DNA from: an uncultured Candidatus Saccharibacteria bacterium
GTDB lineage: Bacteria > Patescibacteriota > Minisyncoccia > Phycocordibacterales > WO2-35-19
NCBI GenBank assembly: GCA_964630525.1
Contig: CAZVUY010000001.1
Span: forward strand, 44,883-108,882
DNA length: 64,000 nucleotides
Direction of reading: 5' to 3'
In this document: one piece after another, positions 39,221 through 49,898 of the stretch
Numbering within the stretch: position 1 is the stretch's first letter
Layout of the letters: the number at the start of each line of letters is the position of its first letter
Made by a program: the position numbers and the translations under genes
Notes under the pieces: model-generated
Databases searched by the model: none
What the model was told of the DNA's origin: nothing
Seen by the model: the letters and a program-made list of their open reading frames with translations, nothing else

Positions 39221-40423
39221 TTAAGCAATAATCTTGGTTACCACTCCGGCACCCACAGTCTTGCCGCCCTCACGGATAGCAAACTTCTGCTTTTCCTCGA
39301 GAGCGATCGGAGCCACCAATTTTACTTTAAATTGAGCAGTATCTCCCGGCATAACCATCTCTACCCCCTCTTTCAAAGAAACTTCACCTGTTACGTCAGT
39401 AGTTCTGATGTAAAACTGAGGTTTGTAACCAGTGAAAAATGGAGTATGTCGGCCGCCTTCTTCTTTCTTGAGAATGTACACTTCTGATTCGAATTCGGTA
39501 TGAGGAGTCACGCTCTTTGGTTTAGCGATAACCTGACCTCGGTGAACATCTTCTTTGCCGAGACCTCGGAGCAAGATACCGGCGTTGTCGCCAGCCTGAC
39601 CTTCATTGAGTTGCTTATTAAACATTTCAATACCAGTCACGGTGGTCTTCTGAGCTTCCTTAAGACCGATCACTTCTACTTCCTCACCAACCTTGATAGA
39701 ACCTCTTTCGATCTTACCTGTCACCACAGTACCTCTTCCTTCGATCGAGAAAATATCTTCGATCGGCATAAGGAATGGTTTCTCGAGGTCACGTACTGGA
39801 TTTGGAATGTAAGTATCAACTGTTTTGATAAGTTCAAGTACTTTTTGAGCCCATTCATCAGAAGCATCCTTGGCTTCAAGAGCTTTGAGACCGGAGCCTC
39901 GGATGATCGGAGTATTGGCACCATCATAATGATTCTTGGTCAACAATTCGCGGATTTCTTCTTCCACCAAGTCGATCAAATCTTTGTCAGGCACCATATC
40001 GCACTTGTTCAAGAAAACAACAATCTTTGGCACACCCACTTGGTAAGCAAGGAGAATATGCTCTCTAGTCTGAGGCATGACCCCATCAGTAGCAGCTACC
40101 ACCAAGATAGCACCATCCATTTGAGCGGCACCAGTAATCATGTTTTTGATGTAGTCAGCGTGACCCGGAGCGTCAATGTGCGCATAGTGTCTAGCTGGAG
40201 TCCAGTATTCAGAGTGGTGAAGGGCGATCGTAATACCTCGAGCTTTTTCTTCTGGGGCATTATCAATATTGCCTATTTCCTCAACACGAGCACCAAATCC
40301 ATCAGCCTTATTCATATCAAGTACCCTTAAGATAGAGGCGGTCAGGGTAGTTTTGCCGTGGTCAACGTGGCCGATGGTACCAACATTGACATGGGGCTTA
40401 GAACGATCAAAAGATTCTGCCAT
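39221..40423 (-). CDS. tuf: elongation factor Tu
   Basis: [21 protein letters not shown] motifs; 400 aa. Confidence 0.97.
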   Translation of the reverse strand: MAESFDRSKPHVNVGTIGHVDHGKTTLTASILRVLDMNKADGFGARVEEIGNIDNAPEEKARGITIALHHSEYWTPARHYAHIDAPGHADYIKNMITGAAQMDGAILVVAATDGVMPQTREHILLAYQVGVPKIVVFLNKCDMVPDKDLIDLVEEEIRELLTKNHYDGANTPIIRGSGLKALEAKDASDEWAQKVLELIKTVDTYIPNPVRDLEKPFLMPIEDIFSIEGRGTVVTGKIERGSIKVGEEVEVIGLKEAQKTTVTGIEMFNKQLNEGQAGDNAGILLRGLGKEDVHRGQVIAKPKSVTPHTEFESEVYILKKEEGGRHTPFFTGYKPQFYIRTTDVTGEVSLKEGVEMVMPGDTAQFKVKLVAPIALEEKQKFAIREGGKTVGAGVVTKIIA

Positions 40424-40521
40424 ATTTTTAAATATTATCGATTACTAATTTCTAATTAAAAAAGGTGTAAACAAAACAACACCCACACATGAGTCAACAC
40501 ATGATAACAAAAAGATTAATT

Positions 40522-40821
40522 TTATGCAAATATACCGCTTACCGCCCTTTTGAGCCGAGCCATTTCCTCGGTCACGATCTTTTCAAAACCAGAAACATTG
40601 CCCTTCAGAAAAGAAAGGACTTGTTCATAGTCACTGCCAGCATTGGAGATGGCTTGGTCAAAATTGTTGATCGTTTCTTCATCCATCAAATCTACCGAGC
40701 GCTCAACTACCGATTCGAAAAGAAGGTTGCCGATCTTTTCGATCATCCGCTCCTGCTCTTCATTTGCCATTCCGGAGAGACCGAAATCTTGAGCTATTTT
40801 TTTCTTAAAATTTTCATCCAT
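40522..40821 (-). CDS. hypothetical small acidic protein
   Basis: 99-aa ORF. Confidence 0.4.
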   Translation of the reverse strand: MDENFKKKIAQDFGLSGMANEEQERMIEKIGNLLFESVVERSVDLMDEETINNFDQAISNAGSDYEQVLSFLKGNVSGFEKIVTEEMARLKRAVSGIFA

Positions 40822-40825
40822 TGTT

Positions 40826-43800
40826 TTAAGCTAACTTTTTATCCAAAACTGGCGGCTGGCTCTGTTGCCTCATCAAGAAACCGCCTATTCTCTTGATATA
40901 GCTCTCCATGTTTTCTCCATTATCATACGGCTTGAAATCGGCATTCGAATGTTTATGGGCCTCCTCTACCAAATCAGCTACCCATTCCACCAACTTACGA
41001 TGTTTTTCGGAAGTTTGGAGTTCTTGCAAAATTGTTTGCGGCAAATCAGAAGTCTCTGGACTCTTAAAATATTCTAACACCCTTCGGGCCGGAAGTCCTG
41101 AGATAGTTTTCCACTCTTTGGTCGCCACTCCAGCTATTTTCTGCAAACCCAGAAGATGGCTCTCACCATAAATATTATCTATTTCGTTATTGAAAACCTG
41201 ATTGACCGCTTCATTTATCTCAGCCGTTTTGGCGACCACCGAAGTATCGCTCGACATGGTACGCAACCTTTCTCGACCGTCTTCTAATATTCCAAGCTCT
41301 CTCTTGGCTCTTATCACCTCCTCATTCGCCGCAAGTTTGGCCTGCGGATCAACGACCTCGTTTTGGGCCAGCCTCAACCTCACCCTCTCGGGCTCCGGTT
41401 GAGATTTCGGTGTCTCAATATCTTGAAAAGGTGCTTCTGGAGAAACTGGCTTTAACTTTTCAAGCTCTTCTGATACAGAAATAGGTGACGGCTCCATCTC
41501 CGGGGCATCTGGTAGTTCTGGAACAGCTGGTTCGGTCTTTGGCATTTCAAAAACTTTTGGTTTCTGGTTCACTATTTCATCGAGATCAAGTTGTTTGCCA
41601 GGATTTTCAGAAAGCCAAGTTTCAATCTTATGATTACTGTCAATAATCGAGGTTATTTGAGCTGGTTTCAGATTCTCCGCCTCATTTAAAAGAGCTTCTA
41701 ATTTCTTCGAATCAGCAAAAAGGTTTGAAAAATCTACTTTTTGACCTACCGATATTTCCCCATTCGAACCAATACCGTATTTTTCATTGTTTTTTAGCAC
41801 CTCATCAACCAAACTTTGCAAAACCCTAGTCTGCTTGGCCTCAATCTGATCAGCGATTTCTTGTAGAGATCCGGCTCCACTCAAATTTTTAAACTTATCG
41901 TTATTCTCCAGAGTTTCCTTGAGCATTTTCCAAACCGAATCTCCAGCTTTAACCTGGTGAATAAGAGTTTCTGGTTTTAGAGGGGGTATGGATTCGGGTG
42001 CTGATGTTTTTGGTGTTGATGCTATTTCTGTTTCTGGTACTGGTGATACTTCTGGTTTTTCTGAAGCTTTTGGTGTAACAGACTCTGACACTTCTGCCCC
42101 CTCTCCTACCGGAGTTTCGGCGACTTCAGGTTTTGTTGGTTCGGATTGGCCAACTTGAGACTCATTTAATTCTTGTATCTGAGCTTTGACTTTCGGCTCA
42201 ACGGCTGCCAAATCTTGGCTATTTGGAGATTTCAACGATTGATCCATTGTCGAAGCGGCATCAGATTTTGGACCAACTGGCTCTTGGCTGAATTTAGGAG
42301 CGTTTCTATACAACCTATTTTGATCAAGACGACCCCTTTGTTCGGTTTCCAAGGTAGGTGATCCACCAGTTCCCTCAATAGTGCTAGTGGCAAAATTTTC
42401 AGCAAAATTAGCCAGAAGCCCTGTACCGGCACCAGCAAGAGCAGTAACTCCGACCCTTTTCGCGGCCATTTTTATTCTTTCTTTCTTGTATTTTTGCTGT
42501 ATACTTAAAAATCTTTTTGATTTTTCCTCCAAAGAAAGGTTAGAATTTTTTAAATCTTCAATATCCCTTCTCTCGTCTTCATTAAGTTTTTCAATAGACC
42601 ACCGTTTACCAGTCCATTCTCCAGCAGCCACACCCGCAGCACCAGAGGCAACCCTTTTACCAACAAAACCGAGCGCTCCAAATGCCCCTGCTCCAGCACC
42701 AAAAGTAAGTCCCGCTACCGTACCCACTCCAAAGTTGAGAGCAAACCTCTGTTTTCGAGAAAGTCCCAAATACCATTTAACTGTTTTGGTGGCTAAAAGG
42801 TTTTTTACCATTTCAGCAGCCTTATCTGTAAGGTTTTCTTCTCTTGCTTGTCTTTTGGCGTTTATCCGCTCATCATGCTCTCTCCTTACCAACTCCTCAA
42901 ACAAGGCGTCGTTTATTTTCTTTTCTAGTTCTTCTTGTGTAAGATTGCCATTTTCTTCATTTATAACTTTTTCTCTAATTTGCTGTTTTACACGATCTCT
43001 TGCGATAAAATAATTTTCTTGTACTTGCTTTAAATATTCTAAAGTTACCTTTCCTTTATTGTAATCATCGGTTATACCAACAACCGCGACTCTCAACCTA
43101 TCAAGAAGTATTTTTGGGTCTTCGTTGTTTGGATCATAATCAATTCGTTCTGGCTCTTCATTCCTATATTGGTCAGGACGAGCACCAACATCTTCCTCCT
43201 CTATTCTTTGTAGATGGCCTAAATCAGAAAGTTTTTGTTCTGCAGTTTTTTCTTTAAAATCATGGAAGCCAACGTTTCTTTTTAGAGGCTCTTTATCAAG
43301 TTGTTCCATGGCAAAAGGTATAAATTCAACAAGCTCTTCTGGTTCTATAGATGGCGAAACAAAAAGGTCTCTAATTGATTCATTAACCAAGTTACGTCCC
43401 AAAAAAGTGTTTGAGGCCCCAATTATAATTCTATTTATGTGTATATGGTCTACAGAAGAAATATTTAAAATTTTTAGAGCTTCTAAAACCTTTTCTGCGG
43501 TAGCGAGATCAATGGGTTTTTCTTCATACTTTGATGTCTTTTCATTAAATACTGGTTGGGAAGATACTTTAAAGCCCATCTTTTCTAATTCACCTACTGC
43601 ATTGGTTTCTTGTGAACTCATACCCGGTTCTGGTCCTACTTGTTTTTTCTCCTCTTCTTCTTCGTCTTCCAGTTTTATAAAGTCACTTCTGTCTTCATTT
43701 GGGTCCAATTGGTCTACACCATCTTGCTCGGATAAAACAGCGTTTTTGATATATTCATTTACAAACTCAACATTTGCATCACGTCTAACCTTGAGAATCT

Positions 43801-44545
43801 TTTCTCCCTCGTCGTATATCGCAAGACTTGGAAGAGCTTCTACTTTTTCCACCCTAACACCCAAACTACTGAGTTTTTCTAGCAGCTCACCGTCAATAGA
43901 AGTAAGATCAAAATCTTCTTGGTCTTCTGGTTCCGTTATCTCCTCTTGTGATGGTAGGTCTGGTTCTGCGTCAGGGTTAGGTTGTGCGCCACCGTTTTGC
44001 TCCTCTTCTTCTATGCTTTTCTGTTTAACAAAATTGATAATTTCTTCTTTAGAAACTCCTGGACCTATCTTTAATTGGCCATTTTCAAAAAAGATTCCTG
44101 GATTTGCTGCCAGACGCAGCTTCCCTTTTAGTTGTTTCAGTGCTTCCTGGTCATTGACAGATTGCAAATCATCAATAGCAGAACTTACAGATTCGTAGAC
44201 ACCAGCCCTAACCTCCTTCGTTAAATTGTGGAAATCGTCAGTAATGGCCCCCTTTTCAGGGACCAAATAAAAAGAAACTTTATTTACGGGAGAATTAAAC
44301 TTTCCGGTCACCCCTGTTTTTCCAAAATCAGCTAGAGAATTTCCTCCTGTGTTTTTATGATTCGGATCCAATTGTTCTAATTTTTGAGAAAATGATAAAT
44401 TTTCAAAACCAGGATCAAGCGCTGGTATTTCTTGAGTATTTTGAGGTTGGCCGCTGTTGGCAATTTCTTCATTCAAATCCGCTAGCGCCTCGGCGGTTGA
44501 AACACTACCGCTATTTTGTGGAGAATTATTCAAATCAGGATCCAT
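40826..44545 (-). CDS. very large hypothetical protein (~1240 aa) with acidic low-complexity tracts, Gly/Ala-rich TM segments and one LysM-like motif
   Basis: continuous ORF; HQVKAGDSVWKMLK LysM-like; start set at MDPDL (ORF extends to 44629). Confidence 0.55.
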   Translation of the reverse strand: MDPDLNNSPQNSGSVSTAEALADLNEEIANSGQPQNTQEIPALDPGFENLSFSQKLEQLDPNHKNTGGNSLADFGKTGVTGKFNSPVNKVSFYLVPEKGAITDDFHNLTKEVRAGVYESVSSAIDDLQSVNDQEALKQLKGKLRLAANPGIFFENGQLKIGPGVSKEEIINFVKQKSIEEEEQNGGAQPNPDAEPDLPSQEEITEPEDQEDFDLTSIDGELLEKLSSLGVRVEKVEALPSLAIYDEGEKILKVRRDANVEFVNEYIKNAVLSEQDGVDQLDPNEDRSDFIKLEDEEEEEKKQVGPEPGMSSQETNAVGELEKMGFKVSSQPVFNEKTSKYEEKPIDLATAEKVLEALKILNISSVDHIHINRIIIGASNTFLGRNLVNESIRDLFVSPSIEPEELVEFIPFAMEQLDKEPLKRNVGFHDFKEKTAEQKLSDLGHLQRIEEEDVGARPDQYRNEEPERIDYDPNNEDPKILLDRLRVAVVGITDDYNKGKVTLEYLKQVQENYFIARDRVKQQIREKVINEENGNLTQEELEKKINDALFEELVRREHDERINAKRQAREENLTDKAAEMVKNLLATKTVKWYLGLSRKQRFALNFGVGTVAGLTFGAGAGAFGALGFVGKRVASGAAGVAAGEWTGKRWSIEKLNEDERRDIEDLKNSNLSLEEKSKRFLSIQQKYKKERIKMAAKRVGVTALAGAGTGLLANFAENFATSTIEGTGGSPTLETEQRGRLDQNRLYRNAPKFSQEPVGPKSDAASTMDQSLKSPNSQDLAAVEPKVKAQIQELNESQVGQSEPTKPEVAETPVGEGAEVSESVTPKASEKPEVSPVPETEIASTPKTSAPESIPPLKPETLIHQVKAGDSVWKMLKETLENNDKFKNLSGAGSLQEIADQIEAKQTRVLQSLVDEVLKNNEKYGIGSNGEISVGQKVDFSNLFADSKKLEALLNEAENLKPAQITSIIDSNHKIETWLSENPGKQLDLDEIVNQKPKVFEMPKTEPAVPELPDAPEMEPSPISVSEELEKLKPVSPEAPFQDIETPKSQPEPERVRLRLAQNEVVDPQAKLAANEEVIRAKRELGILEDGRERLRTMSSDTSVVAKTAEINEAVNQVFNNEIDNIYGESHLLGLQKIAGVATKEWKTISGLPARRVLEYFKSPETSDLPQTILQELQTSEKHRKLVEWVADLVEEAHKHSNADFKPYDNGENMESYIKRIGGFLMRQQSQPPVLDKKLA

Positions 44546-44596
44546 AACAAAATTATACTTGAGCCACACCAAAAACAGAAGTGGAAAGAGGGTTGG

Positions 44597-44678
44597 GGTT
44601 GACCCCGTAGTAGAAAACCCCATTGGCATTTGCCTGCTTTTTTCAAAGCTATGGGATTTTTCACTACGGGGTTGACTT
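44597..44678. repeat. ~24-nt imperfect inverted repeat (GTTGACCCCGTAGT...ACTACGGGGTTGAC) in the divergent region upstream of nusA
   Basis: seen in sequence. Confidence 0.55.
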
Positions 44679-44701
44679 TTTCTGACCTTTGGGTGTATAA
44701 T
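44672..44701 (+). promoter_or_regulatory. sigma70-like promoter TTGACT-18-TATAAT for nusA
   Basis: consensus hexamers with 18-nt spacer, ~105 nt upstream of nusA. Confidence 0.5.
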
Positions 44702-44725
44702 GCGGGCAATACTGAAATCAGCGTC

Positions 44726-44754
44726 ATCCGCCTCCCAGCGGATTTTGTTTTTTC
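44726..44754 (+). terminator. leader hairpin ATCCGC-CTCCCA-GCGGAT plus T-run (candidate attenuator in nusA leader)
   Basis: hairpin followed by TTTTGTTTTTT within the 5' leader. Confidence 0.45.
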
Positions 44755-44807
44755 TGGTTCGGTGTGATTTACAAATTTTTAACTTTACAGTTTAAAAAAT
44801 TAAAAAC

Positions 44808-46016
44808 ATGTTTGATCTAAAAATCATCAATTCAGTCCTTGATCAGCTCAAGGAGGAGCGTGGTATACCAAAAGAAAGGGTAATCGAGGCCATCGAAATG
44901 GCTCTTGCCACTGCTTATAAAAAAGAGTATGGCAAACGAGGCCAGATCGTCCGCGCCAAGTTTGACCTAAAAAGCGGTAGTGTCGAGATGAGTCAAGTCA
45001 AGATCGTTGTCGACGACTCCAAAGTGTTCATGGACAGAGAGTCACTAGAGGAAGCTTTGGCTACCGCCGAAGAAAAAGATGATGACAGAGTACTCTTCAA
45101 CCCAGAACACCACATCCTGCTCGCTGACGCCCAAAAAATCAAAAAAGGGGTCGAGGTAGGCGATGAAATCGTCTTTCCACTAGAAACCAAGGGTGACTAT
45201 GGCCGGATCGCCAGTCAAACTGCTAAACAGGTGATCATGCAGAAAATCAGAGAGGCTGAACGAGATTCGGTCCTCAAAGAATTTGGGGCTCGAGAAGGAG
45301 AGATCATCACCGGCAATGTCCAGCGTATCGAGCGCGGCAACATCTTCGTCGATGTTGGTCGAGCGGTTGGTATTTTACCTTACGAAGAACAGATTCCGGG
45401 CGAAAGATTCAGCCAAGGCGAGAGAGTGCGTGCTTACCTTTACCGAGTAGAAGACGGTATGAAAGGGGTCGCCTTGCGCCTCTCCCGTTCTCACCCACGA
45501 TTTTTGATCAAACTTTTTGAAAACGAGGTGCCAGAACTCGCAAACAACACCATCGAAATCAAGAGTGTCGCCCGAGAAGCCGGCTCTCGCTCCAAAGTAG
45601 CGGTAGCGACCAACGACAATTACATCGACCCAGTCGGCTCTTTGGTCGGCCAAAGAGGAGTCCGCGTAGCTACCGTCACCAGCGAACTTGGTGGTGAAAA
45701 AATCGATGTCATAGAGTGGTCCGAAAACCCAGCCGAATTTATCGAAGACGCTCTCTCCCCTGCTAAAATAGTATCCGTCGAAATCGACGAAGAAAATCAT
45801 CAAGCCAACGTAGTCGTTTCCGAAGATCAGCAGTCTCTGGCTATCGGTAAAGGTGGTCAAAACGTCCGCCTAGCGGCCAAACTCACTGGCTGGCGCATTG
45901 ATATCAAGTCAGTCAGAGGTGATGAACTTGGTGGAGCTGAAAGCGAAGCGGAAGAGACCGAATCAGCACCTCACCCCACCCCATCCCCTGATAAAATGGA
46001 AGAAGAATCCGAATAA
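44808..46016 (+). CDS. nusA: transcription termination/antitermination factor NusA
   Basis: N-terminal domain MFDLKIINSVLDQLKEERGIP; S1 and KH domains. Confidence 0.92.
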   Translation: MFDLKIINSVLDQLKEERGIPKERVIEAIEMALATAYKKEYGKRGQIVRAKFDLKSGSVEMSQVKIVVDDSKVFMDRESLEEALATAEEKDDDRVLFNPEHHILLADAQKIKKGVEVGDEIVFPLETKGDYGRIASQTAKQVIMQKIREAERDSVLKEFGAREGEIITGNVQRIERGNIFVDVGRAVGILPYEEQIPGERFSQGERVRAYLYRVEDGMKGVALRLSRSHPRFLIKLFENEVPELANNTIEIKSVAREAGSRSKVAVATNDNYIDPVGSLVGQRGVRVATVTSELGGEKIDVIEWSENPAEFIEDALSPAKIVSVEIDEENHQANVVVSEDQQSLAIGKGGQNVRLAAKLTGWRIDIKSVRGDELGGAESEAEETESAPHPTPSPDKMEEESE

Positions 46017-46033
46017 GAAAAACTAAATCAGCA

Positions 46034-46062
46034 AAAAATCCCGCTTTAGCGGGATTTTTTGC
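46034..46062 (+). terminator. rho-independent terminator after nusA
   Basis: AAAAAATCCCGC-TTTA-GCGGGATTTTTT. Confidence 0.7.
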
Positions 46063-46177
46063 TGTCATCCCCGAATATAGCCTCCTCCTCCTCCTTGCAT
46101 TTTTTGGTAGATGTGATATAATCTAAGAAGGTAGTTAGTTTGATAGTTAGTAAGGTAGGTAGAAAGGAAAAGAAAGT

Positions 46178-47171
46178 GAGAACAATCGCTTTCCTGCTCT
46201 CCGTATTCGCGGCACTGGTAAACCCAGTGTCCGCGCAACCCATTATCAAAGGTGCCTTCGCGGAACCAATTGGGGCGGAGCTCGACAAGTTCCCCCTCAA
46301 GACCAAGAGGCTTTCAGCCAAGGAGGAGACTGAGCTCGGACTCTCACTGAGGTTGCTCTATAAACCGACAGTGGTGCAAAACCACTTTCGGAATATCCGG
46401 CCCGACGATCGCGGCCGGTTTGCACTTGAGGTCTTGCCGCCGGCCACTCCGGTTCTTGTAGACAGGAGTGGTAAGCTCCGCTATAAAGCGGACTGCGGCA
46501 ATCGCATTGTCGAGGTCGAATCTTATCCACCACTGAGTAAAGGAGGTCTGGAGGGTGTTCATTACCCACAAGAACCTCACAGTGGTACGGAGAGCAGGGA
46601 GGGTAAGCCTAAGAACACCCTCGGCGGCAAAGAAACCAGCAAAAAAGGTTTCTTTCAGTCGATAATCGACAACACCAAAGAGGCAGCTGCAGGAGTCTGG
46701 AACTTCCTCTGGGACTTTCTCAGATGGTTGTTCTGGGCACTGGTGTATTTTCTTGGTGTTGGTTTGATTGTAGCGATCCTGTGTGGTCTATACTGGTTGG
46801 TTCGAGACACCATCAACCAGTGGAATCGAGGCGGACAAAGCCCGCCACCGACCACAAACCCTCCGGCGACATCCCAGCAAGCAACTCCTGTACCTGATTC
46901 AGAAACTCAGAAAGCGTCTGTTGCCACTCCGGTGGCAACACCACGACCTGATTCATCTGAGTCAACTGGGACCTTGCGAGCTGTACCAGCCAGAGGAAGC
47001 TTTGGCCCAGCTCGAGAAGGATCAACGGAAAAACCCAAAGCCGCGAGCCGGCGCCTGCGAGTAGAAATTTCTGAAGACGGAGATGTCTACACCAAATCCA
47101 AGGGTTATACCTCCTTCCTGGTAGAACAGGACGAGGAGGGAAACACGGTCGTACGAACCAACTCCAACTAA
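46178..47171 (+). CDS. hypothetical secreted/membrane protein in a GC-rich segment
   Basis: GTG start after AAGGAAAAG; signal peptide, internal TM, Pro/Thr-rich linker; TTGCAT-17-TATAAT promoter at ~46094-46123. Confidence 0.45.
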
Positions 47172-47183
47172 CTTCTGTTCCAA

Positions 47184-47221
47184 TCCCCGCCGATGACGAG
47201 TCGGCGGGGATTTTGCTTTTT
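47184..47221 (+). terminator. rho-independent terminator
   Basis: TCCCCGCCGA-TGACGAG-TCGGCGGGGA then TTTTGCTTTTT. Confidence 0.65.
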
Positions 47222-47295
47222 ATCCAAAAATTTTCTATGCTTAATTTTGATTGTTTGTTAATCTTTCAATCTTTTAATTTTTAATCTTTAAATTT

Positions 47296-47820
47296 ATGAA
47301 CCTATGGCACGAGATAGATCCTGGTACCAAAGAGCAGATGAACGTAATCGTTGAAATCAACAAAGGTTCCAAAAACAAATACGAAATAGACAAAAAGACT
47401 GGCCTGATCGCACTTGACCGCGCCATGCACACAGCTCAGGACTTCCCTTTTGATTATGGTTTCGTTCCCCAGAGCCTTTGGCACGACAATGACCCACTAG
47501 ATGTGATTGTGCTTACTACTCACCCACTACTACCCGGAGTGTTGGTTAAAGCGCGACCGGTCGCTATCATGAACATGGTTGATGGGGGCGAGGGTGATGA
47601 CAAGCTGATCGCCGTACCGGTAGACGATCCCCGTTGGGACCACGTCACCGACCTTGGTGATATCAACAAGCATACCCTCAAGGAAATCGAGCATTTCTAC
47701 TCCACTTACAAGAAGCTCCAGAACAAGCACGTGGAGGTTACTGGTTTCAAAAACAAAGCTGACGCTGAAGCCGCTTTCGAGGAAGGCCGGAAAATATACA
47801 AAGAAAAATACCCTGGATAG
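47296..47820 (+). CDS. ppa: inorganic pyrophosphatase
   Basis: family I PPase length and motifs (DYGF, DNDPLD). Confidence 0.88.
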   Translation: MNLWHEIDPGTKEQMNVIVEINKGSKNKYEIDKKTGLIALDRAMHTAQDFPFDYGFVPQSLWHDNDPLDVIVLTTHPLLPGVLVKARPVAIMNMVDGGEGDDKLIAVPVDDPRWDHVTDLGDINKHTLKEIEHFYSTYKKLQNKHVEVTGFKNKADAEAAFEEGRKIYKEKYPG

Positions 47821-47900
47821 TTTTCCACTTCAAATCAATCCCCTTTCGTACTATGCTATAAGTGGATTATCAGAATTCACTTATTAGTTTAAATTTGATT

Positions 47901-48656
47901 ATGAAAAAAATATTATTGGGTGTTGCTTTGTCGGTTTTGTTGCTACCCGGCATCACAACCGCTGAAGTTGAAACTAGAATTTCCACCGAAGTTAAGGTTA
48001 GGGCCCGATCAGACGACAATAGTACTAGCACCGAAGCTAGACTGAGAGCCAAAACAGAACTCGAGCTACGTAAAAAAGAGATAGAAGAAAGAAGAGAGGA
48101 GCTTAAGGATGAAATGGAAGAAAGGCGAGAAGCCATAAAACAAGAGACCGAACAGAGACGGGAGGAATTAAAAAATGAGATTGAAGAAAGAAAAGAGAAC
48201 GCTCTCTCCAAAATCCAAGAAAGACTGGTAAAGTTTACTGAAAACGTGATGGAAAGGTTCGAAGCGGCTGTTGAAAGATTGGAAAAGCTGGCCCAAAGGA
48301 TCGACTCGAGGATCGCTAAGATGGAATCCCAAAACATTAACGTGAAGGAGGCTAAGGACTTGATGGTAGTCGCTAAGTTGAAGATTGAGACAGCCAAAAC
48401 CAGTATCACCGGTATTAGTCTTGAGTCAGAAGTGGTCGCCTCAAGCACCGCCACCTCAACTGCCGCCTTCAAAGAAGATTTTGCGTCCTTAAAATCCCAG
48501 GTCGAAAAAGCTAAAGCTGATGTCAAAGCTGCTCATGCCGCATTGGTCGACGTGATCAACAGCCTGAAACCGGGCTTGAACAAAAAAGCTACCACTACCC
48601 CGAGCAGCACCGCCACCACCACCGCAACTTCAACTGCTACTACCACCACCAACTAA
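47901..48656 (+). CDS. secreted coiled-coil protein with C-terminal Thr/Ala-rich tail
   Basis: signal peptide MKKILLGVALSVLLLPGITTA; repeated EERREELK heptads. Confidence 0.5.
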   Translation: MKKILLGVALSVLLLPGITTAEVETRISTEVKVRARSDDNSTSTEARLRAKTELELRKKEIEERREELKDEMEERREAIKQETEQRREELKNEIEERKENALSKIQERLVKFTENVMERFEAAVERLEKLAQRIDSRIAKMESQNINVKEAKDLMVVAKLKIETAKTSITGISLESEVVASSTATSTAAFKEDFASLKSQVEKAKADVKAAHAALVDVINSLKPGLNKKATTTPSSTATTTATSTATTTTN

Positions 48657-48686
48657 GTAAAAAATTATAAGATTAAAAATATAAAA

Positions 48687-48995
48687 ATGGACACTTTCAA
48701 CCCAAGCCAAATGCCAGGCATCCAAGCCACTCCAGAGAAGAAGCCTGTCGGACCACTTATCGCCGTCATAATCATCCTCGCTCTTATCATAATTGGTGGC
48801 CTATACTTCCTAAAAGAGCGCTCAAATAATGCATACATTCCACCAGCCGAAACTAGTGACAGTGTCACAGCCTCATTAAAGCAACAAGGTGCATCTGATG
48901 ATTTGAACGCCATAGAGGCCGACCTCAATGCCACTAACCTGGACAACCTTGACCAGGGTGCCGCCGCTATCCAAGCAGAGTTAAACGCCCAATAA
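48687..48995 (+). CDS. small single-TM protein
   Basis: TM IAVIIILALIIIGGLYF. Confidence 0.45.
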   Translation: MDTFNPSQMPGIQATPEKKPVGPLIAVIIILALIIIGGLYFLKERSNNAYIPPAETSDSVTASLKQQGASDDLNAIEADLNATNLDNLDQGAAAIQAELNAQ

Positions 48996-49010
48996 TCTTG
49001 GATTTATCAA

Positions 49011-49046
49011 AAAACCACCTCTTCGATTGAAAGAGGTGGTTTTTTG
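49011..49046 (+). terminator. rho-independent terminator
   Basis: AAAACCACCTCTTC-GATTGAA-AGAGGTGGTTTTTT. Confidence 0.7.
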
Positions 49047-49078
49047 CTAGCCCAAATAATAGCTGCTAAGATACTGTC

Positions 49079-49879
49079 ATGAAAATAGTAAGTTGGAACG
49101 TAAATGGACTGCGAGCGGTGCACAGGAAAGGCCTTTTTGTTCCTTTCATTGAGAAATATAAACCAGACATTTTGTGCTTACAAGAAACAAAAGCCGAAAA
49201 AGAGCAGGCGGTCATAGATCTTCCAGATTATGAAGAGTATTGGAACTCCGCCACTACTCGCAAAGGTTATAGCGGCACCGCCACCTTCACCAAAATAAAG
49301 CCTCTTTCAGTAACCTCCGGTTTACCAGAAAATATCGCGGATAAATACGATTTGCAAAACGACGGTTACGGAGATTTGAACAAAGAAGGTCGGGTTGTAA
49401 CGGCTGAATTTAAAGATTTTTTTGTTGTAAACGTATATACACCAAATTCAAAAGGTGATCTCTCTCGCCTACCCCTGCGCCACAAACAATGGGACCCGGC
49501 ATTCCTAGAATATGTGAATGCTCTCGAGACTAAAAAGAATGTCATTTTCTGCGGAGACCTCAACGTCGCCCATACCGAAAACGACTTAGCCAACCCAAAG
49601 CAAAACGAGGGAGAGCACGGCTTTACCAAAGAAGAACGCGAGGGTTTGGACAGAGTTATCAAAGCTGGTTTTGTAGACACTTTTAGATACTTTACACCCG
49701 AAGGCAATGGTCATTACACCTGGTGGACTCCGTGGCGCAACGCAAGAGCCAGAAATATCGGCTGGCGAATTGACTACTTTTTTGTTAACCAGAAACTCAT
49801 GCCCAAAATCAAAAACTCGACCATACTGGCCGAAGTTCTTGGTTCTGATCACTGCCCTATTTTACTGGAACTGGAGTAA
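49079..49879 (+). CDS. xth: exodeoxyribonuclease III (AP endonuclease)
   Basis: MKIVSWNVNGLRA...CLQETK...; C-terminal SDHCP. Confidence 0.9.
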   Translation: MKIVSWNVNGLRAVHRKGLFVPFIEKYKPDILCLQETKAEKEQAVIDLPDYEEYWNSATTRKGYSGTATFTKIKPLSVTSGLPENIADKYDLQNDGYGDLNKEGRVVTAEFKDFFVVNVYTPNSKGDLSRLPLRHKQWDPAFLEYVNALETKKNVIFCGDLNVAHTENDLANPKQNEGEHGFTKEEREGLDRVIKAGFVDTFRYFTPEGNGHYTWWTPWRNARARNIGWRIDYFFVNQKLMPKIKNSTILAEVLGSDHCPILLELE

Positions 49880-49898
49880 TTTGCTTTAACGAGACTAC

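Noticed and set aside
42381-44198. 210-aa and 296-aa plus-strand ORFs
   Set aside because: Antisense inside the 1240-aa gene; Ser/Leu-rich mirror of its acidic low-complexity regions
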